A program made the translations under genes and the position numbers. A model generated the notes under the pieces. That model made no database searches and was not told the DNA's origin. It saw only the letters and a list, made by a program, of their open reading frames with translations. Of a stretch of DNA of 64,000 nucleotides, positions 9,809-19,250 are shown in pieces. The first letter of the stretch is position 1, and each line of letters begins with the position of its first letter. This DNA comes from Candidatus Poribacteria bacterium (lineage in GTDB: Bacteria > Poribacteria > WGA-4E > WGA-3G): assembly GCA_965205015.1 (NCBI GenBank), contig OZ242029.1, positions 3,264,001 through 3,328,000 of the forward strand, in the 5' to 3' direction.

Positions 9809-10858
9809 CTACTCACGCGGAAGCGAAACTGTATCGGGAACAACGATCTCGCCCGCAATGATTTTTGCCTTCAATGATTCAATGGTCGTTATGAGGTCGT
9901 CCGAAAGCAGCGATTGGTTGTGTTCATCGACGGCATAACTGACCTCGCCATCTTCGAGTCCGAAATATCGGACTCCTGCCGTAAAATTACCCTCCATAGT
10001 TTCTCGGATAATGCGCTGCACAGAAGTTGAAATCTCTTTTGTCATACTCGTTAGGACAATTCCTGGGGCAAGATGGTTACCGTTAGCGTCAACCCAAATA
10101 ATGAATTTTTGTTGTTCTTGGGCGGCTTCAAGCACGCCTTGACCCGACCCGCCAGCGGCGGCGTAAATTACATCGATTCCGTTTGCATATTGTGCTAAAG
10201 CCAGTTCTTTTGCTTTTTCAGGTTGATCGAAACCCGTTGCATCTTTGCTAATATATTCTACGGTGACTTCCGCATCTGGGTTGACTGCATGAATCCCAGC
10301 GACGTAGCCTGCTTCAAATTCCTGTAATAGCGGGACATCCGCACCTCCGATGTAGCCGATTTTGTTACTTTCCGATTTCAAAGCCGCAATTGCTCCAACC
10401 AGAAATGAGCCTTCGTTGGATTTATAGTTCACAGAAGCCACATTTGGAATATCAAGCACAACATCAAAAGTTGCAAATTGGACATCAGGGAATTCGGGTG
10501 CGACGCGAGCAAGCACGTCTCCCATTTGATAACCTGCTGTCAAAACAAGTTCTGAATTCTGGGCAGCTTCTCTGAGGAACATCTCTGTGGCTACTGGGTC
10601 ATTTTCCATACCGTTTACTTCGGTTAGCGTAATTCCAAGTTCTTTCTCTGCGGCTTTTACACCGATATGGAAGGCGGTACAATAAGCCGCTGAGCCAACG
10701 CAATCGCTGGGATATATCATGGTCACGCGAAGCGGTGCCGCCTCTGTTTCACTCGTCGGTTCAGTGAGAATGACATCTTGAATTGCCTCACAGCCACAGA
10801 TTAAAAGTAGCCCGAATGCTAAAAAAAAGTATTTGCTAAGAATGCTAAAATTTTTCAT
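9809..10858 (-). CDS. BMP (PnrA-like) ABC transporter substrate-binding lipoprotein
   Basis: EGSFLVGAIAA, KIGYIGG, DVIYAAAGGSGQGV, IWVD, TSMTK; start reassigned to ATG 10858 after GGAGG. Confidence 0.9.
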   Translation of the reverse strand: MKNFSILSKYFFLAFGLLLICGCEAIQDVILTEPTSETEAAPLRVTMIYPSDCVGSAAYCTAFHIGVKAAEKELGITLTEVNGMENDPVATEMFLREAAQNSELVLTAGYQMGDVLARVAPEFPDVQFATFDVVLDIPNVASVNYKSNEGSFLVGAIAALKSESNKIGYIGGADVPLLQEFEAGYVAGIHAVNPDAEVTVEYISKDATGFDQPEKAKELALAQYANGIDVIYAAAGGSGQGVLEAAQEQQKFIIWVDANGNHLAPGIVLTSMTKEISTSVQRIIRETMEGNFTAGVRYFGLEDGEVSYAVDEHNQSLLSDDLITTIESLKAKIIAGEIVVPDTVSLPRE

Positions 10859-10934
10859 AGTGCCTCCTAAAAAACTTTGTCGTAAATATGAAAATAGAAA
10901 ATTATTGCGTGAATGAAACTGACCCACCCCGATT

Positions 10935-11384
10935 TCATAGAAAACGCTCTTCACAAACCTGATAGGGATCATTGGTGTAAACGCGATAAGTGACGCGTCC
11001 CGAAAAATCGAGCATATCTTTCATTCTATCATAGATAGCCGGATGCGATACACGCTGCAAAGCCGAATGACGCGCAACCCATTCGGTTTCTAAACTTTCA
11101 TCGCTCGTTGTTAATTCACCCCGGATGTGGTCTCCTAAGAAACCAAACATCAATTTAGTAGGGGACTTGATATTTGAGTAGACCCCAACCAATTGTCCAA
11201 TTAGGGCAGTGATGCCAGTCTCTTCTTGAATTTCACGTTGTAACGCCTCAATAAGGTTTTCACCTTCTTCGACCTGACCACCGGGAAACTCCCAGCCACG
11301 GCGTGGACTCCGTATGAGCAGGATTTTGCCGTTGGGATGACTGATCAATCCAGAGACGGCAACAATGTGTTTTGGGTGGATCAT
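10935..11384 (-). CDS. NUDIX hydrolase
   Basis: Nudix box PGGQVEEGENLIEALQREIQEETG. Confidence 0.9.
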   Translation of the reverse strand: MIHPKHIVAVSGLISHPNGKILLIRSPRRGWEFPGGQVEEGENLIEALQREIQEETGITALIGQLVGVYSNIKSPTKLMFGFLGDHIRGELTTSDESLETEWVARHSALQRVSHPAIYDRMKDMLDFSGRVTYRVYTNDPYQVCEERFL

Positions 11385-11406
11385 TCAAACCTCAGTAGAG
11401 TCTCAG

Positions 11407-11435
11407 AGGGTAGGTACAAGACCTACCCCTACGGT
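11407..11435. repeat. Single copy of the 30-bp REP-like unit that is triplicated at 31932-32021
   Basis: AGGGTAGGTACAAGACCTACCCCTACGGT identical to the tandem unit. Confidence 0.8.
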
Positions 11436-11458
11436 GTGAAGAGAAGCGTGCCTACAGG

Positions 11459-13078
11459 CTACACACCTATTGCATACCCATCGCGCCGGGGGTCAGCACC
11501 ACCCATAAAGCTTCCTTCTTCGGGATCGAAAGCGATGCCGTGTCCGCCGCCGACGGTTGCGGTCCAATCAGGCAACACCTCAACCTCATGTCCGCGTGCT
11601 TCTAACGCCGCACGGACAGCAGCAGGAATCCGTCCCTCTATGCTGACATGTGTTCCCGGATTTACCAAGCGAACGCGCGGTGCTTCGATCGCCGCTTGGA
11701 CGTTCATCCCGTGTTCAATCAGGTTTAGCACCATCTGTAGTGTCGTTTGAAGGATGCCGTGGCTTCCAGGTGTGCCAATCGCCGCGAACGGATTTCCGTC
11801 CTTCCAGACTTGGCACGGCGACATGCACATCTCTATCCGTTTATGCGGTCCAACAGCGTTCGGACTCTCTGGGATTCTATCAAACCAATTCATGAAATTG
11901 TTGAGGAACATTCCTGTTGAACCGAGAATTACGCCTGAACCGAAAGGTTGTCCGAGGCTCTGTGTCACTGCGACGATATTGCCCTCTGCATCGGCGGTGT
12001 CAAAATGGGTTGTGCATTCGGTCGTCCAGTCATCAGCTACGATCTCGCCGGGAAGTTTGTCCTTTGACCAACGTTCACCCCCGCTGACTGCAGCCTGCTC
12101 ACCGATGCGTTCACGTTGTGCACGTGCATAGTCTTTGGATAACAAACGTTCAATCGGTGGATTCGGACGCGGAGCGTATTCGGCTCTATCCGCACTGGCT
12201 AACTTAATCGCTTCAATCAGTAGATGTAGATATTCTGGGGTATTGTGTCCGAGTTCACCGAGGGCATCGCCTTCCAAAATATTCAATGTCTCCAAGTACT
12301 GAAAACCTGAACACGGCGGCGGTGGACAGTAGACTTCATAATCCTTGTAGGTGACAGAGATAGGTTCCTGCCACTCCACCTCGAAGTCAGCCAAATCCTT
12401 TTCGGTAATTAGTCCATCAGTTTCTTCGGAAAAACGGACGATCTCTTTGGCAATCTCGCCGCGATAGAATGCCTCCACTCCGCCTTCAGCGACTTGACGG
12501 AATGTATTGGCTAAATCCTTTTGCACCAAGACCTCACCGGGGTGTGGTGTCCTCCCTCGTGAGGCGATCACCTCTTCAGCTCTCTCGGAGAAATAGGGAC
12601 GCGCACCTGCGATAAATTCCGCATTCTTGACGGTGACGGCGTATCCATTTTCCGCCAGTTCAATCGCTGGTGTAAAGATATCCGCGTGATCCATACTTCC
12701 GTAGCGTTCCAAGAGGGCAAGCCACCCACCACAGCCACCCGGTACCATACCGGCCCGAATACCGACCTGCTGACTTTCGAGGGTTGGATAGACATCCAGT
12801 GTTGCCGCGTAAGGGGCAGTGCCGAGATAATCTATCACGTGGTGTCTTTTTTCCTTCGCATTATAGAGCAACATGTACCCGTTACCCGCGATACCCGACA
12901 TATAAGGCTCAACCACATTGAGCGTTGAAGCGACTGCGACGGCTGCATCAAATGCGTTACCGCCAGCGAGCAACATGCGCGCGCCAGCAAGGCTGGCAAG
13001 CGGATGTGCACTCGTTACCATTCCGCGTGTACCCGTTACAGTCGATCGATGCGTTGTGCCGTGTGATGGAAAAGCCAT
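11459..13078 (-). CDS. ggt: Gamma-glutamyltransferase family protein
   Basis: GGNAFDAAVA, VVEPYMSG, catalytic TTHF, LNNFM, GTPGS, GGADPRRDG. Confidence 0.9.
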   Translation of the reverse strand: MAFPSHGTTHRSTVTGTRGMVTSAHPLASLAGARMLLAGGNAFDAAVAVASTLNVVEPYMSGIAGNGYMLLYNAKEKRHHVIDYLGTAPYAATLDVYPTLESQQVGIRAGMVPGGCGGWLALLERYGSMDHADIFTPAIELAENGYAVTVKNAEFIAGARPYFSERAEEVIASRGRTPHPGEVLVQKDLANTFRQVAEGGVEAFYRGEIAKEIVRFSEETDGLITEKDLADFEVEWQEPISVTYKDYEVYCPPPPCSGFQYLETLNILEGDALGELGHNTPEYLHLLIEAIKLASADRAEYAPRPNPPIERLLSKDYARAQRERIGEQAAVSGGERWSKDKLPGEIVADDWTTECTTHFDTADAEGNIVAVTQSLGQPFGSGVILGSTGMFLNNFMNWFDRIPESPNAVGPHKRIEMCMSPCQVWKDGNPFAAIGTPGSHGILQTTLQMVLNLIEHGMNVQAAIEAPRVRLVNPGTHVSIEGRIPAAVRAALEARGHEVEVLPDWTATVGGGHGIAFDPEEGSFMGGADPRRDGYAIGV

Positions 13079-13195
13079 GCTTATCTCCTCGTTTCTTTTT
13101 TATGTCCGACTTGCGTAAAATTGAGTCGGCATATCTACCTCTTGTGGGAGGGGTTTGTAACCCCGACAATATATGTAAGTCCTACTACAGCCAAT

Positions 13196-13483
13196 TTAGT
13201 TTGTAAACTTTGCTAAATACTTCCAGACCCAGTGCCACCGGAGCTGCCAGATTAATTTCCGGCGATTGATGTGATGCTCGAAAAGTCTTTGCCCATCTAA
13301 CTCAAGCACAGGAATCAGATGTTTATATTTCGTGAAGAGTCCGAGATTCTTTGTGATGTTAATCTCCTCTACTGCAATAAACGGTGTCTTTGCTTCAATG
13401 CGCTGCAGCACCACTTTTGCCTCATCGCAGAGCGGGCAGTCCGGTTTCGTGTAGAACTGGAGTTGTATGGGTTTGCTTTTCAA
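13196..13483 (-). CDS. Glutaredoxin-like protein (DUF836-type), copy 1
   Basis: YTKPDCPLCDEAK, EINIT, YKHLIPVL; probable TTG start at 13483. Confidence 0.8.
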   Translation of the reverse strand: MKSKPIQLQFYTKPDCPLCDEAKVVLQRIEAKTPFIAVEEINITKNLGLFTKYKHLIPVLELDGQRLFEHHINRRKLIWQLRWHWVWKYLAKFTN

Positions 13484-13577
13484 CAGAATTGCTTTGAAGT
13501 AAAATCTGCTAATATAAAAAATACGTGTGATTGCTTCCAACGAAGGTAGTCCCTACACGGGTTTGGCATCTTTATTT

Positions 13578-16500
13578 TTACGCATCTTTTTTACGTCTGT
13601 AGACCAGTAGGTTTCGGTATTTACGAAACACCTCTACGGTCTCAGTTGCTTTCTTTTGGGTAGCGATGTCTAATGGTGTTTCGCCATTGTTGGTTTCCGC
13701 ATGAACATCTACACCACGATCTAATAATACCTCGGCTGTTTTATACGCATTGTGCCATGCTGCTTCATGTAGAGGCATATATCCATGGTGGTCTTTTGCC
13801 TCAATATCCGCCCCGTATTTTAACAAGACTTCGGCTGTTTTATACGCATTGTGCTGTGCTGCTTCATGTAGAGGCGTATATCCATATTTGTCTTTTGCCT
13901 CAATATCCGCGCCATGTTTGATGAGTCTCTCAGTTTGCTCATAACTGTCGTTCTTCGCTGCCAAGTGCAACAACGTCTCACTATCCGAGTTTCTGTATTT
14001 ACAAAACACCTCCAGGGTCTCAGTCGCTTTCTTTCGTATAGCATTGTGCAATGCTGCTATATGTAGTGGTGTCCATCCATTATTGCTTTTTGCATTGACA
14101 TCTGCCCCGTTATCAATCAGGACTTCGGCTGTTGTATAAGCATTATTCCGAGCTGCTTCATGTAGTGGGGTATTACCCCATTTGTTTTCTACCATAGTAT
14201 CCGCCCCATTATCAATTAGTATTTCGGCTGCTTTATGCGTATTGTGCAATGCTGCAGTATGTAGAGGGGTATTCCCTGATCGGTCTTCTGCCTCAATATT
14301 CGCCCCATTTTTCAGTAAAACTTCTGCCATTTCGTAAGCATCGTGACGGGCTACATGATGTAGCAGAGCCTCACCTTTCCCATCCTTTACGTCTACATCC
14401 GCGCCATGTTTGATGAGTCTCTCCGCTTGTTCATAACTGTCGTTCTTCACTGCTAAGTGCAACAACGTCTCCCCAGATGCGTTTCGGTATTTACAGAACA
14501 CCTCCACGGTCTCAGTCGCTTTCATTCGTATAGCGATGTCTAATGGCGTTTCGCCACTGCTGGTTTCCGCATGAACATCTACACCACACTCCAATAATAC
14601 CTCGGCTGTTTTATGCGCATTGTGCAATGCTGCTATATGTAGTGGTGTCCAGCGACTGTTGTTTTTTGCGTTGACATCTGCTCCATTATCAATCAGTATT
14701 TCGGCTGCTTTATGCGCATTGTGCCATGCTGCTCTATGTAGAGGGGTATTCCCCGATCGGTCTTCTGCGTCTATATCCACCCCATTATTAATCAGTATTT
14801 CGGCTATTTCATAATCACTTTGTGATGCAGCAGTATGTAGGGGGGGCCAGCGACTGTTGCTTTTTGCGTTGACATCTGTCCCATTATTAATCAGTATTTC
14901 GGCTGCTTTATGTGCATTGTGCAATGCTGCTATATGTAGTGGTGTCCAGCTGTCCCTATCTTTTGTGTTGACATCCGCTCCATTATTAATCAGTATTTCG
15001 GCTATTTCATAATCATTTTGTGATGCTGCTATATGTAGTGGTATCCAGTCCCTGTTACTTTTTGCGTTGACATTTGCTCCATTGTCAATCAGTATTTCGG
15101 CTGCTTTATGTGCATTGTGCAATGCTGCTTCATGTAGAGGGGTACATCCATATTGGTTTTCTGCCTCAATATCCGCCCCATTATCAATCAGTATTTCGGC
15201 TGCTTTATGCGTATTGTGCCATGCAGCAGTATGTAGAGGGGTATTCCCTGATCGGTCTTCTGCCTCAATATCCGCGCCATGTTTGATGAGTCTCTCAGTT
15301 TGCTCATAGTTGTCGTTCTTCACTGCTAAGTGCAACAACGTCTCACCAGATGCGTTTCTATATTTACAAAACACCTCCACAGTCTCAGTCGCTTTCATTC
15401 GTATAGCGATGTCTAATGGCGTTTTGCCCCTGCTGGTTTCCGCATGAACATCTACACCGCGCTCCAATAATACCTCGGCTGTTTTATGTGCATTGTGCAA
15501 TGCTGCTTCATGTAGTGGTGTCCAGTCCCTGTTGCTTTTTACGTTGACCTCTGCCCCGTTATCAATCAGTATTTCGGCTATTTCATAATCACTTCGTGAT
15601 GCAGCAGTATGTAGTGGTGTCCATCCATTGTTGTTTTTTGCGTTGACCTCTGCTCCATTATCAATCAGTATTTCGGTTGCTTTATACGCATTGTGCAATG
15701 CTGCAGTATGTAGAGGGGTATTCCTCGACTGGTCTTCTGCCTCAATATCCGCTCTATGTTTGATGAGTTTCTCTATTTGTTCATAACTGCCGTTCTTCAC
15801 TACTAAGTGCAGCAACGTCTCACTATCCGAGTTTCTATATTTACAAAACACATCAATGGTCTTAGTTGCTTTCTTTCCGGTAGCGATGTCTAATGGCGTT
15901 TCGCCCCTGCTGGTTTCCGCATGAATATCTGCACCACGCTCCAATAATACCTCGGCTGTTTTATGTGCATTGTGCAATGCTGCTTCATGTAGAGGGGTAC
16001 ATCCAAATTGGTTTTCTGCTTCTATATCCGCCCCATTATCAATCAGTATTTCGGTTGCTTTATACGCATTTTGCAATGCTGCAGTATGTAGAGGAGTATT
16101 CCCCGATCGGTCTTTTGCCTCAATATCCGCTCCGTGTTTGATGAGTCTCTCAGTTTGCTCATAACTGCCGTCCTTCACTGCCAAGTGCAGCAACGTCTCG
16201 CCAGATGCGTTTCGGTATTTACAAAACACATCAATGGTCTTAGTCGCATTTTCTTGTATAGCAATGTCTAATGGCGTTTTACCACTACTGATTTCTGCAT
16301 GAACATCTGCACCGCGCCCCAATAATACCTCGGCTGTTTTATACGCATTTTTCAGAGCTGCTATGTGTAGTGGTGTCCATCCACTGTTGGTTTCCGCATG
16401 AACATCTGCACCGCGCCCCAATAATACCTCGGCTGTTTTATGTGCATTGTGCAATGCTGCAAGATGTAGTGGTGTACATTCATATTGGTTTTCTGCCTCA

Positions 16501-19181
16501 ATATCCGCCCCATATTTCAACAAGACTTCGGCTGTTTTATGTGCATTGTGCAATGCTGCTTCATGTAGAGGGGTACATCCAAATTGGTTTTCTACCTCTA
16601 TATCCACCCCATTTTTTAGTAAAACTTCGGCCATTTCGTAAGCATCCTGACGGGCTGCATGATGTAGCAGAGCCTCACCTTCCCCATCCTTTGCGTCTAT
16701 ATCCGCTCCATGTTTGATGAGTCTCTCTATTTGCTCATAACTGTCGTTCTTCACTGCCAAGTGCAACAACGTCTCACCAGATGCGTTTCGGTATTTACAA
16801 AACACATCAATGGTCTCGGTCGCATTTTCTTGTATAGCGATGTCTAATGGCATCTTGCCACTGCTGATTTCCGCATGGACATCTGCACCGCGATCCAATA
16901 ATACCTCGGCTGTTTTATACGCATTTTTCAGAGCTGCTATATGTAGTGATGTCCAGCCATCCTTATCTTTTCTGTTGACCTCTGCTCCATTATCAATCAG
17001 GACTTTGGCTGTTTGATATGCATCCGAAAATGCTACTGCATATAGTGATGTCCAGCCGTCCTTATCTTTTGCGTTGACATCTGCCCCGTTATCAATCAGG
17101 ACTTCGGCGCATTCATGATTCTTCTGTGATGCTGCTATATGTAGTGATGTCCAGCCATCCTTATCTTTTCTGTTGACCTCTGCTCCATTATCAATCAGCA
17201 TTTCGGCTGTTTTATATCCATTGTTCCGGGTGGCTTCATGTAGAGGGGTACATCCATATTGGTTTTCTGCCTCAATATCCGCCCCATTTTTTAGTAAAAC
17301 TTCCGCTATCTCGTAGGCATCCTGAAACACTACCCAATGTAGCGGGGTGCAACTTTTATCATCCTTTGCGTCTATATCCGCCCCATGTTTGATGAGTCTC
17401 TTTATTTGCTCATAACTGTTGTTCTTCACTGCCAAGTGCAACAACGTCTCACCAGATGCGTTTCGGTATTTACAAAACACCTCCACGGTCTCAGTCGCTT
17501 TCTTTTCGGTAGCGATGTCTAATGGCGTTTCGCCCCTGCTGGTTTTCGCATGAACATCTACACCACGCTCCAATAATACCTCGGCTGTTTTATATCCATT
17601 GTTCCGGGTGGCTTCATGTAGAGGGGTACATCCATATTGGTTTTCTGCTTCTATATCTGCCCCATTGTCAATCAGTATTTCGGCTGCTTTATGCGTATTG
17701 TACCATGCAGCAGTATGTAGAGGGGTATTACCTGATCGGTCTTCTGCCTCAAAATCCGCCCTGTATTTCAACAATACCTCGGCTGTTTTATGTGCATTGT
17801 GCCATGCAGCAGTATGTAGGGGGGTATTACCTGATCGATCTTCTGTCTCTATATCCGCCCCATTTTTTAGTAAAACTTCGGCCATTTCGTAAGCATCCTG
17901 ACGGGCTGCATGATGTAGCAGAGCCTCACCTTCCCCATCCTTTGCGTCTATATCCGCGCCATGTTTGATGAGTTTCTCAGTTTGCTCATAACTGCCGTTC
18001 TTCACTGCTAAGTGCAACAACGTCTCACCAGATGCGTTTCGGTATTTACAAAACACATCAATGGTTTCAGTCGCATTTTCTTCTATAGCGATGTCTAATG
18101 GCGTTTCGCCACTGTGGGTTTCCGCATGAACATCTGCACCGCAATCCAATAATACTGTGGTTGTTTTATACGCATTATGAGATGCTGCTTCATGTAGTGG
18201 TGTCCATCCACTGTTGCTTTTTGCGTTGACGTCTGCTCCATGATTAATCAGGGCTTCGGCTATTTCATAATCATTTTGTGATGCTGCAAGATGTAAAGGG
18301 GTTCGTCCATATTCATCTCTGGCATCGACATCTGGCAGTAATCTACAGGAGGTTGGAACCCGGATCGTGCCACCGTTTGTAGTAATCACAAGCGTCGTTT
18401 CGTACGTTTCGTATGGTGTTAGCCGGTTTGCATCAAGTGTGATAGAGACGGGACCCCCACCGAGGACCTCACGCTCTGAAATTTCCAGTCCTGGCAATTC
18501 CTTTGAAAATTCAACCTCGCCATGGAGAAACCCGCGCCCGACATTTGTAATCTCAAGGTTCACGGTTTCCTGTGTATCAGTAGCAATGTTGTCAAAGTCT
18601 ATACGCGACAGACTGATCTGAGCCTCCGGCTTCCCGATATGAGGGTCCAGCGTTTGCACTAACATTTCCAACCCGACATCTTGTCTCGACCTGTATTGTT
18701 CTGTAATGTCTTTCGCAGTGTGTGCCAGTCGTGGTTGGTGAATACCTTCAAGCCATCTCGGAATCACACCGCTATAGAGTAACGTCTTGGCTTCCGTCCA
18801 ATTGCCATCAATCAAACGCGCCAAGTGCTGAGGTGTGTCGGGTTGATCGCCGTTTGTGAATGTGAACACAAAGGGTGCCGTTTCTCTTTTCGGCTCTGGT
18901 ATGTGCTCCTGTCGTTTTTGTAGATCAATTTCTGCTATGTGCGCCTGCCGTTTTTGCGGATCAATCAAAACGGCTTTTGCTTTATTCAGAATGTCCCGCC
19001 ACTGCTCTTCTGTTTTGCCATCAAGCCGAGGGCGCCCCCCCGCATTTAAAGACGCTCTATAAAGATTTTTATGCTTAGCGTCAACCTGTGCCGCAATAGT
19101 AGACTCAGAAAGGCTCTGAATATCCTCAACGGAGATCTCCAACACCTCAAAATAGTTAATGAATTCATCGCGTTTGGACAT
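13578..19181 (-). CDS. Large ankyrin-repeat protein with degenerate J-domain-like N-terminus, helical domain and Ig-like domain
   Basis: NYFEVLEI...ILNKAKAVLIDPQKRQAH (J-like, no HPD); IDFDNI...LEITNVGRGFLHG (Ig-like); about 40 G.TPLH.AA repeats in 9 capped blocks; start ATG 19181 or 19211. Confidence 0.9.
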   Translation of the reverse strand: MSKRDEFINYFEVLEISVEDIQSLSESTIAAQVDAKHKNLYRASLNAGGRPRLDGKTEEQWRDILNKAKAVLIDPQKRQAHIAEIDLQKRQEHIPEPKRETAPFVFTFTNGDQPDTPQHLARLIDGNWTEAKTLLYSGVIPRWLEGIHQPRLAHTAKDITEQYRSRQDVGLEMLVQTLDPHIGKPEAQISLSRIDFDNIATDTQETVNLEITNVGRGFLHGEVEFSKELPGLEISEREVLGGGPVSITLDANRLTPYETYETTLVITTNGGTIRVPTSCRLLPDVDARDEYGRTPLHLAASQNDYEIAEALINHGADVNAKSNSGWTPLHEAASHNAYKTTTVLLDCGADVHAETHSGETPLDIAIEENATETIDVFCKYRNASGETLLHLAVKNGSYEQTEKLIKHGADIDAKDGEGEALLHHAARQDAYEMAEVLLKNGADIETEDRSGNTPLHTAAWHNAHKTAEVLLKYRADFEAEDRSGNTPLHTAAWYNTHKAAEILIDNGADIEAENQYGCTPLHEATRNNGYKTAEVLLERGVDVHAKTSRGETPLDIATEKKATETVEVFCKYRNASGETLLHLAVKNNSYEQIKRLIKHGADIDAKDDKSCTPLHWVVFQDAYEIAEVLLKNGADIEAENQYGCTPLHEATRNNGYKTAEMLIDNGAEVNRKDKDGWTSLHIAASQKNHECAEVLIDNGADVNAKDKDGWTSLYAVAFSDAYQTAKVLIDNGAEVNRKDKDGWTSLHIAALKNAYKTAEVLLDRGADVHAEISSGKMPLDIAIQENATETIDVFCKYRNASGETLLHLAVKNDSYEQIERLIKHGADIDAKDGEGEALLHHAARQDAYEMAEVLLKNGVDIEVENQFGCTPLHEAALHNAHKTAEVLLKYGADIEAENQYECTPLHLAALHNAHKTAEVLLGRGADVHAETNSGWTPLHIAALKNAYKTAEVLLGRGADVHAEISSGKTPLDIAIQENATKTIDVFCKYRNASGETLLHLAVKDGSYEQTERLIKHGADIEAKDRSGNTPLHTAALQNAYKATEILIDNGADIEAENQFGCTPLHEAALHNAHKTAEVLLERGADIHAETSRGETPLDIATGKKATKTIDVFCKYRNSDSETLLHLVVKNGSYEQIEKLIKHRADIEAEDQSRNTPLHTAALHNAYKATEILIDNGAEVNAKNNNGWTPLHTAASRSDYEIAEILIDNGAEVNVKSNRDWTPLHEAALHNAHKTAEVLLERGVDVHAETSRGKTPLDIAIRMKATETVEVFCKYRNASGETLLHLAVKNDNYEQTERLIKHGADIEAEDRSGNTPLHTAAWHNTHKAAEILIDNGADIEAENQYGCTPLHEAALHNAHKAAEILIDNGANVNAKSNRDWIPLHIAASQNDYEIAEILINNGADVNTKDRDSWTPLHIAALHNAHKAAEILINNGTDVNAKSNSRWPPLHTAASQSDYEIAEILINNGVDIDAEDRSGNTPLHRAAWHNAHKAAEILIDNGADVNAKNNSRWTPLHIAALHNAHKTAEVLLECGVDVHAETSSGETPLDIAIRMKATETVEVFCKYRNASGETLLHLAVKNDSYEQAERLIKHGADVDVKDGKGEALLHHVARHDAYEMAEVLLKNGANIEAEDRSGNTPLHTAALHNTHKAAEILIDNGADTMVENKWGNTPLHEAARNNAYTTAEVLIDNGADVNAKSNNGWTPLHIAALHNAIRKKATETLEVFCKYRNSDSETLLHLAAKNDSYEQTERLIKHGADIEAKDKYGYTPLHEAAQHNAYKTAEVLLKYGADIEAKDHHGYMPLHEAAWHNAYKTAEVLLDRGVDVHAETNNGETPLDIATQKKATETVEVFRKYRNLLVYRRKKDA

Positions 19182-19250
19182 ACTGTAGCTCTTTCGTATA
19201 TTCAAAGGCATCGCGGCTAAAATTATGGATTGCTACAAAGGGATACCAGT

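Noticed and set aside
13673-17968. Series of similar small plus-strand ORFs inside the ankyrin gene (likewise inside the WD40 gene)
   Set aside because: They are antisense shadows of the repetitive coding sequence.
3711-19211. Diversity-generating retroelement acting on the WD40 or ankyrin repeats
   Set aside because: No reverse transcriptase in the window and no non-coding template repeat; differences between repeats are not evidently restricted to adenines.
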